DNA from: Nitrosopumilus sp.
GTDB lineage: Archaea; Thermoproteota; Nitrososphaeria; Nitrososphaerales; Nitrosopumilaceae
NCBI GenBank assembly: GCA_965214775.1
Contig: OZ243974.1
Span: forward strand, 1,952,001-2,016,000
Length of the DNA stretch: 64,000 nucleotides
Direction of reading: 5' to 3'
In this document: positions 39,124 to 51,076 of the stretch, piece after piece
Position numbering within the stretch: position 1 is the first letter of the stretch
How the letters are laid out: every line of letters begins with the position of its first letter
The notes under the pieces: generated by a model
Told to the model about the DNA's origin: nothing
The model's database searches: none
Seen by the model: only the letters and a program-made list of their open reading frames with translations
Made by a program: the position numbers and the translations under genes

Positions 39124-39484
39124 CGAATAGACCTTATGCATAATCACCTGGATCGAAAAATCCCGATCGCACGTAGATCATTCTTGCAAATCCATGGTGA
39201 CGATTGAAAGTTCGCGAACACATACGGGCATGAACTACGCAGGAAGGATGCCTTTTGATGATCAAAGACTTTCAATCGCCACTACGGTTCGATTATATGA
39301 TGTGCATGGAAGCGGCAGACGCCGCATACCGCATTATTACGAACCCGTTGGACTAGCAGGAATCATAACGCAGTGCGTAGTCCATCCATAAAAAAACGCA
39401 TGTCATTGACACTGTTTTTGGCCCACGGATCCAAGATCAGGCAAACCACACACACGTGCATGGAAAAACAGGCAGAATTCGCAG

Positions 39485-40599
39485 TATAGCAACGGTCATA
39501 AGTAATTGAGGGCTTTGACCGGCGATCTGTAAATGTACTTGTACATGCAAAGGTGAGTAAATGACACCGTCCTGTAATACTCGGATATGGTGTGCCGCAG
39601 CTCGCTGATCCTTCTGTACACTATCCCCCTGAAAACAAAATGCTTGCCCAGGTTCCAGCATTCTTCCACGATATTGAGGTACGGCGATCCCTTCGGGATC
39701 ATTATCAGTCTGACATAGGGATGGTCGGCCAGATATTTTGCGACATCAGTAGATCTGTGCACACTCCATCTATCGCAAAAGACGGCAACCTTGCCAAACT
39801 TGGCGCGCAGCGCCTCCAGACATTCTATAAACTGCACCGACGTAAACGATCCCGTAAACGTCCTGAACAGCTGCCTGCCGTCTTCTGCTATACTTCCAAA
39901 CACGGCCACCTTTGTGTGGTCTCCAGAGTACGATGCCACGCTTCTGGTGCCGACCGGACCCCATACGTATCTGTCGTATGCGCCCTGCACAAAGAACGAC
40001 TCATCAGCTGACACTAACGTAAAACCGTCGTTTTTCAGGCACGGAATCCGCACATTTTCAAGATACCGCTGCCACGAGTATACCAAGCTTGGGGTGGCAT
40101 GGTTGACATGCACGTTTTGCACCTTGCGGCACGACAGGCCGTGCCGGCGCATCAGTCTTCGGACGTGTCCTGTGCTGTATTCTGTCCCGGTGGCATCCCT
40201 TATGTCATCGTGCATCACCGTCATGACATCAGTACTTTTGCATGCAGTGGACAGGTCCATTATGGCTTCAATACTTTCTCTGTCCACCTTTGGTCTGCAT
40301 CCGGAACGGGGAAGATCCCGGAGGCCGTCTATGCCGTCCTCCGAGAACCTAGCAAGCCAGTTGCGCACGGAATTCTCACTGCACCGGATCCTTCTTGCAG
40401 TCTCAGGCACGCTCACGTCGTCTTCTAGCACATACATCAGCGCCATGATCTTCTTGTAGACTTTGGCATCCTTTTCTTTGCGCATGGCCTCTGACAGGCT
40501 TTTGTCCGTTTCTTTTGCCATGCCATTGCACCGGCTAGGCGATCCATATACCTTTCGAATGATCCCGTTTTGGCTCAAAGACTTATGCTCGTTGCTATA
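39485..40599 (-). mobile_element. IS630-family element, transposase about 39496-40521
   Basis: TA-flanked TIRs TAGCAACGGTCATAAGT / ACTTATGCTCGTTGCTA; HTH, DESF, DRWSVH, SPYLNIVE motifs. Confidence 0.92.
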
Positions 40600-41006
40600 G
40601 TAAGTTACGATGGGATGGAGTTAGTATTTGACAAGTATCATAAAGATGATCTATACGAGATTCAGAAAAAGCTTGTGGGGTTTTATCCTAATGCAACAAA
40701 GATAGAGCTAAGTGTTCTTACTGAGGATATGCCTTGTGGAAACTATGATGTGGACGATAAAAACTGAGATTAACATTAGTTGGCCTACTTATTTTCTGAT
40801 CCAAAGTGCAGATAAATTAAATATGACAAAGACCAATACTGCTAACACCTCCACTACAATGTCCACATCCAAGGCATGCATCACAGCTGCAGTGTTTTGC
40901 TGCCTCTTGGCATTTTTTGTTCCGGAATCTGTTAGTTTGTTGCATAACCCTTCCTAAAATTTGAAATCTGATCGAAAATCACCAAAATGATCAACTAATC
41001 CTTACC

Positions 41007-42301
41007 GGCGTTGTCCGGAATTTTTCCAGAAATCTACCGATAAGCTTATAGATCATAAGCGCAGGATGCGACAACCTTATGGATCATAGGATCGACGTCC
41101 CCGTATCAATGAAATCAAAGACCAACAAGAAGGAATCCAAGAAGGAATCCAAGAAGGAATCCAAGAAGGAATCCAAGAAGGAATCCAAGAAGGAATCCAG
41201 CAAGACCAGCAAGAAAAAAAAGTCAGAGTACACGAGACCTCCGGAATACTATGCCGAGTACGAGAAAAAAAGGAGAGAGGACAGCAAGAGGTGCGGCATC
41301 GGAATCAAAAAGATCCGCAAGATCCTCCTGTCCCTCCTCCATAACACAGAGCAAGAGGATGAAATTCCCTATCTTCTGTGCGTACTCGACATGGAGTACC
41401 GCGGAAACTCGTATCGCAGGCACGTCGAATACATGGAGTCGAATCCTGGTTCAACTAACATGTACGGGCTCAAAAAGGTTCCGGCCAAGTCGACACTGCA
41501 TGATGCAGCCGTAAGGATAGCTGCCTGGGACAAGTCGGTGCTAAGATCGGTACTCTCAGAACAGGCAGGCGCAGACGCCAGGGGAACGTTGCTTGGCGAC
41601 TCTAGCGGTTTCTCCATAATGAGATACCACACATGGGAGGACGCAAAGAAGGGCGTCATATCCAGGCAGATGTTTGCCAAGCTGCACATACTGTTGGCCC
41701 CGCACGGCAAGATTGCCGCCTGCGAGGTGACGCCGGGCGAATTCCATGATTCCCCGGTGTTCCGTGACGAGCTGCTGCCGCAGGTTCCCAACGGCACAGG
41801 ACACGTGATCCTGGATGCCGCATACGACTCGTATGAGAACTGCAGGGTCATAGCCGACGGAGGCAGAACCCCAGTGATATGTCCGCGTACAGGATATACG
41901 GTTCACGGGTTCAACGCCCGCTCCAAGATGCTAAGATGGCACAAAAAGGACCCCGAGGGATTCGAGAAGACGTACCACCAGCGCAGCCTCGTTGAGTCGG
42001 CCTTCTCGTCGATAAAGGCAAGGTTTGACTCCACGGTGCGCGCCATGTCGCTTCCGATGCAGTCGCTCAGGCTTACCCTCAAGGTATTCTGCTACAATCT
42101 GGTCAGCTAGGATCCATAATGCCGGTACGGTGGAATCGTCCGGCTAGCGGATGCTATGCAGTATGACGTCAAAACACGGGCCATAACTGCACAATGCGGG
42201 CCGGAGTGCGGATTCGTCTCTATGTTTGCAGTCATTGCGCCATGATTTTGTACAAATCTCCCCGGAAATCACGTCCTAAAATCACGATTCCGGACAACGC
42301 C
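41007..42301 (+). mobile_element. IS5-family element with transposase 41079-42110
   Basis: 15-bp TIRs GGCGTTGTCCGGAAT / ATTCCGGACAACGCC; DSSG, KLH, DAAYDS, YHQRSLVESAFS motifs. Confidence 0.9.
41127..41198 (+). repeat. 12-bp tandem repeat x6 encoding (KKES)6
   Basis: AAGAAGGAATCC repeated six times in the transposase 5' region. Confidence 0.95.
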
Positions 42302-42324
42302 GGTTTTGCCTTAACACTTTTCAT

Positions 42325-43954
42325 GTATGAGGTCACCTATTCCCCCACATTAGGTCAAATATTGATGACGATGCCGATCCTTATACCATGATCGCGTATA
42401 CTAGACATTATGAAAGGTCAACCCTCCACATACTGTGAGATCGAGGCATCTATAGCATCGTCGACGGAGAAGATACAGAGTCTGGAAAAGGGAATCAAGG
42501 AACGTGACAACATCATCAAGGAACAGGGCAACATCATCAAGGAACGTGACACGACCATTGAGAAACTAAACAATATAATCAAGGATCAGGGCGGCAGGCT
42601 CCGATACTACGAGAACTCGCCCCCGTCGGCAGACTCGCTTGCGTGGAAGGAGTAAAAGGCACAGAGGAAAAAGGAGAGGGCCCGATCCGATGCTGCAGCC
42701 GGGAATGACGGCACCAGGAATAACAGGAAAAAGCCCGGCGGCCAAAAGGGCCACAAGGGCGTATCGCGCGTCCACCGGCCCACCCGGGTACAAAGGCACT
42801 ACTTTCCGGGCGGACAGGCGCCAGAGTGCTGGTGCGGCACCCCCACGAAGATCATGAACAGGTCGCAGACACGCGACATGATTGGATTTGAGATCAAGGC
42901 GATTGAGACTCGCCACGAGTCGCAGAGGGCAGTATGCCCAAAATGCGGCACGTATCATATTGCCCCCAACGGCCTGCCCCGATGCGGCAACTACGACACG
43001 AGCGTGGTCACAGCCGTCACCAAGCTGCGCAGCGAGGGCGTTCCATACAGCAGGATCCCAGGCATCCTGTCAGATATCACGGGCGTGGACATGTCAAAGT
43101 CAACTGCAATCAACAACGTGGGGCGCGTCTGCGAGGCCGCAAAGGCGCCTGCCGAGGCCATCGCAAAGGAGGTAAGGAGCTCAAAGACCGTCTGCATAGA
43201 CGAGACGGGGATCAACCTGGCAGGCAAGACGGGGTGGGTGTGGACCATACTGTCAGCAGCAGGCATACTCATGATATACAACAATACAAGGAAGGCCCTG
43301 GTTCTGGACCAGTACATGAGCGGGTACAAGGGCGTCGTCACATCGGACGGATATCCCGCATACAAGAGGTTCGATCCGGGAGGAAGACACCAGCGGTGCT
43401 GGGCGCACGAGCTGCGATCCCTCCTGTATGGTTCGCAGAAAAAGGACGCCCCGCTGTTTGCAGGGATCCTGTACCGGCAGGGGCAGCAGTTGTTCAGGGA
43501 CGCCAAGGCGTGTCTGGAAGGGTGGGACAAGCTGTCCCCCGAGGATCTCCTAGATCTTGAGGAGAGGACGGGGATAAGGGCCGCCGACGGGCTGATGGGC
43601 CGGCACTCGCCGGAGCTGCGCCGGCTGTTTGAGACCAACATGCGCAACGTCCTGTTCGGATACAGGGATACGCAGGACGAATCGTTGAAAGCTCTTGTCA
43701 GGCGGATGTACAATGCCCTGCCTGGCCTGTTTGCATTCCTGGAATACGAGGACGTAGAGCCCACCAACAATTCTGCAGAGCGGGCGCTGCGCCCCGTCGT
43801 ATTGCAGGACAAGATAAGCGGCCAGATCAAGGGCGGCCTGGTCTGGATGGACAGGTACGGATGGCTCAATACATGCACCTCGACGTGGAAGCTGCAGGGC
43901 AAGTCCATCATGGTTGAGGTAGCCAAAATAATTCAGGGGTAGGTGACCTCATAC
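42325..43954 (+). mobile_element. IS66 copy, inactivated
   Basis: Both 15-bp TIRs present; CAA>TAA nonsense at 42653-42655 and a 6-bp deletion relative to the 10661 copy; flanks do not form a target duplication. Confidence 0.95.
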
Positions 43955-44280
43955 TCCTGCACAAGGATACGGAACACCACAGGCACATCCACATGACGGG
44001 CGACATAAACAACAACCAGATGGAATCCTTCAACGGCAACACGCTGAGGGCGAGGGAGAAGGTGATCCGTGGGATCAAGAGGGATGACTCTGCAATACTC
44101 AAGGGGATGCAAATCCATCACAACTACATCCGCCCGCACCAGGGACTTGACGGCGACACACCGGCAGCAAGGGCCGGAATCAGGATTCAGGGCAATAACA
44201 AATGGAAGACCATAATTCAGAATGCGGTCAAATCAGAACACAGCACCCGGCGTGTCCCAGGGAGAATGAACACCCGTTAA
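43955..44280 (+). pseudogene. C-terminal fragment of an IS6-like DDE transposase
   Basis: NNNQMESFNG..HNYIRPHQGLDGDTPAARAGI; begins at the IS66 end. Confidence 0.75.
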
Positions 44281-44353
44281 TGTCCCAGTTCCATAATGAG
44301 CACGGATTTATGTTATGTTCAGCAGATACTATATGAAATCTTATCAGTATCTT

Positions 44354-44473
44354 CAGTCTTCCCAGAAGTAACCCAGAAAACATCCAAGATTTGAAACAAA
44401 TCAAATTACGATGCCTGCAGATTCACCCTACGTCATCTGTACATTCATGAATCGCGTACTTCTGGGAAGACTG
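44354..44473. mobile_element. MITE (CAG-ended family), copy 1
   Basis: Perfect 17-bp TIR CAGTCTTCCCAGAAGTA / TACTTCTGGGAAGACTG; homologous along its length to 60619-60739. Confidence 0.8.
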
Positions 44474-44627
44474 CCAAAGGGGCTAGTCCTATTGCGCTTG
44501 AGGAGGACACGGAACAGCCGTCCGTACGATCCCTGCTTGATACAACCAAACTTGGATCCGTGAAAACATTCCAATGTTGGCACGCCGACTATGCTTGCAG
44601 AAAATGTTGGTAACCACTTCTGGCACA

Positions 44628-45941
44628 TTATTCTTTTAGTTTTTCAACAATGTCTGAAAATCTCCAAGGGCCGCACTCGGCATCCGAATTCTCGCTTTTG
44701 AGCAGTCCTGACTGGTTCAGCTTATCCACGATATGCGCAGAGAATGCCAGTGCCCCAGTTGCCCCCGGAGAGTTATAATTCAGAATGTGAAAGGACGACT
44801 CATCGTTTAATAGAATCACATCGGGTGCAAACTTTCCATCATCGTTAATCACAGATGATCTAATTCCGGCAGTCCCTTTTTCAGAAAATTTTTCAGGCTC
44901 AATTTTGGGCAGAAACCTTCTGACTCTCTGAACCATTGCCGACTTGGACATTGATGACTGAATCTCGTTTATTGCAAGCTCCTGGAACTGTTTGTCAAAA
45001 ATTGCCTTTCGTGCTGCACCGGAGCCCAGCATTTCCAGCACTTTTGGCAGGAATTCCTTGAGGTTTTCTGTCCTGTCATATCCGTACGGGCTAAAAACAG
45101 GAACCGCATTCGGACCGATCTCACAGCTGCCGTCAACCCTGATTATCCAGTGGGGATCCAAAAACGGATAGTCTGGAAACTCTGGAACAGAGTATATGCT
45201 TGTCTTGGTCAATGAGTTGTATTCTGTTGGCGCCTTCCAGTACTCTCCCCTAAAATGAACGTCAGTCAGTCTTTCACCCAGTCCTACGCTGTGAGCAACA
45301 TCCATGGCTTCCCCGCCTGCGGCATTAATCAAAAATTTTGCAAACACCTCCTTTTCATGATTCAGGATAACTTTCCAGCCTTGGTCCTCTTTTTTGATTT
45401 CCGTAACTTTTGAATTCAATAACACTTGGGTGCCGCTATTCTTGCTGTCATTTATCAGCGACTCCGTAAATCTTGCATAGTCTGCTGAGCCGTCTCTGTA
45501 GACATACAGGGCCGATTCACACCGAATTTCCGGCTCAATCTTTCTTACTTCGTTTTTATCCATCAGTTCTATGTCCGATTCTTCTAGACCGTTTTGTTTT
45601 GCCCATTTGAGATATTTTTCAAGCACTTTGATTCCCTTGTCATCTAGTGCAACTTCGATCACCCCGTCTTTTTTAAACGGCAAATTTTTCATTTTTGCAT
45701 ATTCCTCCCACATCTCATATCCGTGAAACGCTGCCTTGGCAAACAGCTTTTTCTTCTCCGGATTGTAAAGGTATGGTGCATGGACCTTTCCCGTGTTCCT
45801 GCCGCTAGTGTGAAATGCCACGTTTTCTGACTGTTCTGCTACTCCTATTGATCTTGACTTGTTTAGCGAGGAAAGAAAGTAAGAGATTGACGTTCCCAAA
45901 ATTCCTCCACCGATAATCAAAACATCAAAATTTCTTGCCAT
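44628..45941 (-). CDS. FAD-dependent oxidoreductase (L-2-hydroxyglutarate oxidase-like)
   Basis: IIGGGILG, HTSGRNTGKVH, FRGEYW, GPNA, SPGAT. Confidence 0.85.
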   Translation of the reverse strand: MARNFDVLIIGGGILGTSISYFLSSLNKSRSIGVAEQSENVAFHTSGRNTGKVHAPYLYNPEKKKLFAKAAFHGYEMWEEYAKMKNLPFKKDGVIEVALDDKGIKVLEKYLKWAKQNGLEESDIELMDKNEVRKIEPEIRCESALYVYRDGSADYARFTESLINDSKNSGTQVLLNSKVTEIKKEDQGWKVILNHEKEVFAKFLINAAGGEAMDVAHSVGLGERLTDVHFRGEYWKAPTEYNSLTKTSIYSVPEFPDYPFLDPHWIIRVDGSCEIGPNAVPVFSPYGYDRTENLKEFLPKVLEMLGSGAARKAIFDKQFQELAINEIQSSMSKSAMVQRVRRFLPKIEPEKFSEKGTAGIRSSVINDDGKFAPDVILLNDESSFHILNYNSPGATGALAFSAHIVDKLNQSGLLKSENSDAECGPWRFSDIVEKLKE

Positions 45942-45986
45942 CGTGCTGTATCCTGCATGTTTTAACTGATATTAAATTGCACACGC

Positions 45987-47035
45987 TGTCTTATATGGAA
46001 ATTAGGTTCGCCTAAGCTTTTGAGAAAAGCCAAGGAATACTTTACCCTTTACCGATCAAGAAAAAAGATGAAAAAGAAAGCACTGACAGAGCGACAGATA
46101 AAGTACGCCACGAGACAGCGCAAGAAGGGCAGGACGCTAAAGGCAATAGCAAAGGAGCTGGAAGTGACACCCCAGTACGTGGGCAGGTTGTGCTCCGAGT
46201 TTGAAAGGACCGGCGTGATACACATGCAAAAGAGTCCCGGCAGGCCAGCATCGCCGCCGCCCTCAAGCGACGAGGTCCGGACGGTACTTCGCCTGTACGC
46301 CGAGCAGGACATCGGCGTGGTGCGCACGGCCAGGTGTGCAAGGGAGCAACTGGATATAAGCTACGACTCTGTATACAGGATAATGAGTGAGAACAAGCTG
46401 GTCTCAAAGTCTGCTGCAAGATCCGGACAGCGCAAGTGGCTGCGCTATGAGCGCAAGTACTCCAACGCAATGTGGCACGTGGACTGGCACGATATGAAGG
46501 ATCCACGTCTGAGAGGGCTCAAATTGGTCACGTTTTTGGACGATTCATCCCGGTGTGTCACGGCGGCACGGACGTTTGCCGAGGCCACGTCCGAGAACGT
46601 GGTGATAACACTCAGGGATGCCATAGACAGATTTGGCACGCCGGCTACCATACTGTCTGACAACGGCAGGTACTTCAACGGCGGCCGTAGCAAGAAGAAC
46701 ATGCCAAAGGGGACGTGGAGGCCGACTGCATTTGAGGCCGAGCTGCTGGACCGGGGCATCGGGCTGATAAACTCCAGGCCGTACCACCCAGAGACCAACG
46801 GCAAGCTGGAGCGGTTGCACGGCAGCATAGAGAAGGAAATCCACCACTATGAGAGCCTGACTGCATACGTGGAGTACTATAACGAGCGCAGGCTGCACTG
46901 CATTGGATATCGACAGATATGAGACGCCACTGCAGGCCTTCTCGGCAAGGGAGGCCACAGAAGCGATCAGGAAAAGCGACCCAAAATGGATGGAGGGACA
47001 TCAATGACTAACGAACCTAATTTTCATATAACACA
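45987..47035 (+). mobile_element. IS481-family element, transposase from 46068 with frameshift near 46900
   Basis: TGT..ACA 24-bp imperfect TIRs; flanking AAATTGCACACGC / AAATTGCACATGC; WHVDW, LDDSSR, SDNG, PETNGKLER motifs. Confidence 0.9.
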
Positions 47036-47087
47036 AAATTGCACATGCCCGATCAAGGTTAATATCGTACAAGTGTCAACCTGATGC

Positions 47088-47369
47088 ATGCTGCCTGACA
47101 GGTGTTCTGTAACAGAAGAAGGAAAACAGTGCGTGAATCCTCCCCAATACATCGTCTCAATAACTGACAATAGGGACGAGTACATGGTCGGCGTTACATG
47201 TGCAAGACACAAGAAAATCGTCTCAGGCAAAATTGGAATTCTTCAAAATGAGGGCAAAATCCATGAGGGAAAAATCAGCTTTGCCCCGGTAAAGGCCGTT
47301 GGTACCGACTGTATCCGTGCTGATGAGGAAGATTTTGTCCAAATTGACGTGAAAAATCCTAAATTTTAA
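47088..47369 (+). CDS. Conserved hypothetical protein
   Basis: 93-aa Cys-containing ORF with host-like composition. Confidence 0.7.
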   Translation: MLPDRCSVTEEGKQCVNPPQYIVSITDNRDEYMVGVTCARHKKIVSGKIGILQNEGKIHEGKISFAPVKAVGTDCIRADEEDFVQIDVKNPKF

Positions 47370-47392
47370 AATATTTTCAGCTCTGATGATCT

Positions 47393-47773
47393 GTGTTGCT
47401 CTTTGATCTGCTGTCTGACATCCTAAGAGTCGGTGATGTCCTGCTTGTCGTAAAAAGCCCGGGTGCAGTAAGCGAAGTCAGAAGCAACTCTCTTGGAATA
47501 CGTCAAAAGGAAAAATGGATTACCATTGGGCAGAATGACGGCCCGGCACACATGCATGTAAATTCAGAGTCGATAAAATCTGCAAGATTTGTCGAAGAAG
47601 AAAAACCACAAAGAACAAAAAGCTTCGGCGTGCATTTCTTTGACGAAAACAACGAGCGCGTTCTGGCTGCATTTTTTACAAAAATGTATGACGAATCAGA
47701 ATCCCTGAATCCCAGTCGAAAAAAAATGTATGACGCACTTCGAGAAAAGTATTCTTCAAAAGTCACATTTTAA
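47393..47773 (+). CDS. Heme utilisation ChuX/HutX/HemS-like protein
   Basis: GAVSE, HMHVN, F.EE..S..V.FFD..G/N.R pattern. Confidence 0.65.
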   Translation: MLLFDLLSDILRVGDVLLVVKSPGAVSEVRSNSLGIRQKEKWITIGQNDGPAHMHVNSESIKSARFVEEEKPQRTKSFGVHFFDENNERVLAAFFTKMYDESESLNPSRKKMYDALREKYSSKVTF

Positions 47774-47974
47774 AAAAAACCTTGTCTGAAAAAGACAAGT
47801 AGAAAAAATGTTATTGATCGGATTCTTTCTCCTTTCTCTTCTTTTCTTTTTCAGATTGTAGTTTAGCTAATTCTAATTCTTCATTAGTATGTTTGAATTT
47901 TTTCAATCTATCACTAGTTGACAATCTAGATATAAAAACTCCACATTGTTCTTTTTGGATACTTGGGCATAAAA

Positions 47975-48946
47975 TCAATACCCCACTGAAAAAAACGGCT
48001 TTTTTCCGTTCATTCCCAAATCGAGATTTTTGAGCGTAATCTGGGACATTTTCTCCCTTGTCTCTTTTGTGGAACTGCCAATGTGCGGTGCCAGAACGAC
48101 ATTTTCCAGTCTTGACAGGGAGTGTTTCTTGCCACTGATGGGCTCGACTTCAAACACGTCTAGTCCTGCCCCTGCAATGATTCTATTTTTTAACGCCCCT
48201 GCAAGATCTTTCTCATTTACGACCTTGCCCCTTGACGTATTGATCAAAAACGACGTGTCCTTCATTTTTTCGAAAATTGCCATATCAAACAGATGATCAG
48301 TTTGAGGCGTATGTGGGACATGAATGGAAATCACATCGCTGCCTTTGACCAGCTCGCTAAATGAGACGTATCTGATTCCCAGTCCCTTTTCCAGGTTCTT
48401 GGAAATTTTGTTTCTGTTGTGATACACCAGCTTCATATCAAACGCCTTGGCCCGCTTTGCAAGCGTCCTGCCAATTCTTCCCAAACCCAAAATTCCCAGA
48501 GTTTTTCCTTGCAGATCATATCCCGTATAGTCATATGCACCGAAGATTGTCCTCCATCTTCCATTTCGAATAATCCTGTCCCCTTCTGAGACCCTTCTCA
48601 TCACATCTAGCATCAGGCCAAACGCCAAATCAGCAGTCGCATCTGTCAATACTCCGGGGGTATATCCGACTCTGATCTTTTTTGATCTGGCATGTTTGAT
48701 GTCGATGTGATCAAATCCAACACTATACGTACTGATGACCTTGAGATTTTCGGCCATGTCCAACGTTTCTTGATTTATTCTATCATATGGAAAACAGATC
48801 AATCCCTCGACATCCCTTATCTTTGATCGCAATTTTTTTTCTGGAATTGGAATTTTTCCAGAATGAACTTCCACGCTGTATCTTCTTTTTAACTCCTTTA
48901 ACGCAAAATCATGCAGTGTCCTGGTCAGGAAGACTTTTCTTCTCAT
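47975..48946 (-). CDS. D-2-hydroxyacid dehydrogenase (glyoxylate reductase-like)
   Basis: SVGFDHID, TPGVLTDATAD, GLGRIG, INTSRG, LDVFE.EP, PHIGS. Confidence 0.92.
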   Translation of the reverse strand: MRRKVFLTRTLHDFALKELKRRYSVEVHSGKIPIPEKKLRSKIRDVEGLICFPYDRINQETLDMAENLKVISTYSVGFDHIDIKHARSKKIRVGYTPGVLTDATADLAFGLMLDVMRRVSEGDRIIRNGRWRTIFGAYDYTGYDLQGKTLGILGLGRIGRTLAKRAKAFDMKLVYHNRNKISKNLEKGLGIRYVSFSELVKGSDVISIHVPHTPQTDHLFDMAIFEKMKDTSFLINTSRGKVVNEKDLAGALKNRIIAGAGLDVFEVEPISGKKHSLSRLENVVLAPHIGSSTKETREKMSQITLKNLDLGMNGKKPFFSVGY

Positions 48947-48997
48947 AATTGTGAAATTTATCTCAAACCATTTATACGATTTCCTTGTAACTTCATC

Positions 48998-49138
48998 ATG
49001 TCTTCTGAAGTTGAAGAGGAATTTGCTGTTTGTATAGAGTGTGGAAACTCGATTGAGAAATGTGTGTGTGTTTGTCCTTATTGTGGTCAGCGTGATAAAT
49101 GTGAGTGTGCCTTGTTTGACGCTGCCACGGGCGGGTAG
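48998..49138 (+). CDS. Small Cys-rich (zinc-finger-like) protein
   Basis: CIECG..CVCVCPYCG..CEC; TTTATA box upstream. Confidence 0.65.
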   Translation: MSSEVEEEFAVCIECGNSIEKCVCVCPYCGQRDKCECALFDAATGG

Positions 49139-49165
49139 GAACAACATATTTTCTGGATGATTTAA

Positions 49166-51076
49166 ATGAGCTCGGTCGATTTTTCATGGTTAATTGGAGG
49201 CCCGCAAGGAAGCGGTGTCGAATCCGGGGCAAATATTTTTTCAAAGGTATGTGCCGAAATGGGATATCGGATTTTTGGAAAGCGAGAATTCTATTCAAAC
49301 ATCAAAGGAGAGCACAGCTATTTCATAGTCAGGGTATCAGATGAAGAGATTCATTCAAACGTAAACGACGTTTCCTTGATGGTCTCGTTTGACGCAGAAA
49401 CAATCTTTCGGCATTTTGATGAAGTTTCAAAAAATGGGGCAATCATTTATGATTATGAACTTGAGGACGTTGATACCGGAAAGGTCCGAACTCTTGACCC
49501 GCCATTTAAGGAGAGGCTGCACGGTTTTCTGGAGTCAAAAAACAAGCCGTTTACGATATCCGGAGTACTGGAAATTGCAAAAGAAAAAGGCGTAAAACTC
49601 TTCCCCGTCTCTTTCAAATCTCTCTTGGAATCCCTTTCTGAAGAGGTTGACAATCCTAAACTACGCGGTCTTGTTAGAATGTATAACGTGATCGGAGTGT
49701 CCCTGTCCCTGGGACTGATCAAGATGCCTTCTGATTCTTTGCTTCGCTCAATTGATTCGATTTTTGCAAAAAAACCCCAAGTTGCCCAAATCAACAAACA
49801 GGCTGCAGATCATTCATACAGTTATGCTTTATCAAAATTCAACGGATTTGAACAAACTCTACCTGGGACAACAAAAGAGTCTGACACAATTATGGTCCAG
49901 GGACACTATGGCACCTCGATTGGAAAGATGGTCTCTGGCTGCAGATTCCAGTCATACTATCCGATTACACCGGCCTCTGATGAGAGCGTATATCTGGAAT
50001 CAAACGAAATACTGAACGTTCAAAATGGCAGACCCGGATCCACTGCGGTAATTCAAACTGAGGACGAGATATCTGCAATTGGAATGATGATTGGCGCTGC
50101 CCTGACTGGCACAAGATCATCCACTTCGACCTCCGGACCGGGATTTGCCCTGATGACAGAGGCCCTAGGCTGGGCTGGAATTAACGAGGTTCCAGTAGTA
50201 ATAACACTGTACCAGAGAAGCGGCCCCTCTACAGGACTTCCGACACGACACGGACAGGATGATCTGCTTTTTACAGTCTTTGCAGGCCATGGGGACTTTC
50301 CAAAACTAGTTTACGCCTCCGGTGATATTGAGGAGAGCTTTTATGATACCGGAAGATGCTTCAACTATGCTGACATTTACCAGATTCCTGTCATTCACAT
50401 GATGGACAAATTCCTGTCAAGTTCGGTTGTCACCTGCAAGAAGTTTGATCCTGGGAAAATCAACATCGACCGTGGAAAACTCCTTGAAAAAGTTGACGGT
50501 GAATACAAAAGATTCGCACTGACTGATGATGGGATCTCCCCACGTTCTAGACTGGGGCTTGATGACGGAATATTCTGGAATACTGGGGATGAATCAGACG
50601 AACATGGCCACATTACAGAGGATCCCCAAATCAGAATCAAAATGATGGATAAACGAATGTCAAGACTGGATATGATTCTAAAACAAATTCCCGATCATGA
50701 GCAAGTAGTGTCATTTGGCGTTTGTGAATTCACGATAATTTCATGGGGCTCGACCAAGGGCCCCATCATTGACGCATTATCCATGCTAAAGAAAGACGGC
50801 ATCGATGTTGGATTTCTGCAAATCAAGCTATTGCATCCGTTCCCTGGCCAATATGTAAAATCGCTTCTTTTAGGGGCCAAAACCATAATTGATATTGAGG
50901 CAAACCATTCTGGCCAGCTTGGAAAAATATTCCAGCAAAATATTGCAAGGGATGTTGATTACTATATTTTGAAATATACCGGAAGAGCAATGACTAGCAC
51001 CGAGATATATGATTCGTTAAGGAAAATCGTTGAAAACAAGGCTGAAAAGCGGGAGGTTCTAAGCCATGGCGCTTAA
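49166..51076 (+). CDS. korA: 2-oxoacid:ferredoxin oxidoreductase alpha subunit
   Basis: [35 protein letters not shown]; substrate specificity cannot be determined. Confidence 0.92.
   Translation: MSSVDFSWLIGGPQGSGVESGANIFSKVCAEMGYRIFGKREFYSNIKGEHSYFIVRVSDEEIHSNVNDVSLMVSFDAETIFRHFDEVSKNGAIIYDYELEDVDTGKVRTLDPPFKERLHGFLESKNKPFTISGVLEIAKEKGVKLFPVSFKSLLESLSEEVDNPKLRGLVRMYNVIGVSLSLGLIKMPSDSLLRSIDSIFAKKPQVAQINKQAADHSYSYALSKFNGFEQTLPGTTKESDTIMVQGHYGTSIGKMVSGCRFQSYYPITPASDESVYLESNEILNVQNGRPGSTAVIQTEDEISAIGMMIGAALTGTRSSTSTSGPGFALMTEALGWAGINEVPVVITLYQRSGPSTGLPTRHGQDDLLFTVFAGHGDFPKLVYASGDIEESFYDTGRCFNYADIYQIPVIHMMDKFLSSSVVTCKKFDPGKINIDRGKLLEKVDGEYKRFALTDDGISPRSRLGLDDGIFWNTGDESDEHGHITEDPQIRIKMMDKRMSRLDMILKQIPDHEQVVSFGVCEFTIISWGSTKGPIIDALSMLKKDGIDVGFLQIKLLHPFPGQYVKSLLLGAKTIIDIEANHSGQLGKIFQQNIARDVDYYILKYTGRAMTSTEIYDSLRKIVENKAEKREVLSHGA

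Noticed and set aside
39194-39391. 65-aa ORF with an EPVGLAGIIT segment reminiscent of aldehyde dehydrogenases
   Set aside because: Single short motif in an IS-flanked gap; insufficient evidence
47811-47906. Possible 31-aa charged peptide on the minus strand
   Set aside because: Too short and low-complexity to support without expression data
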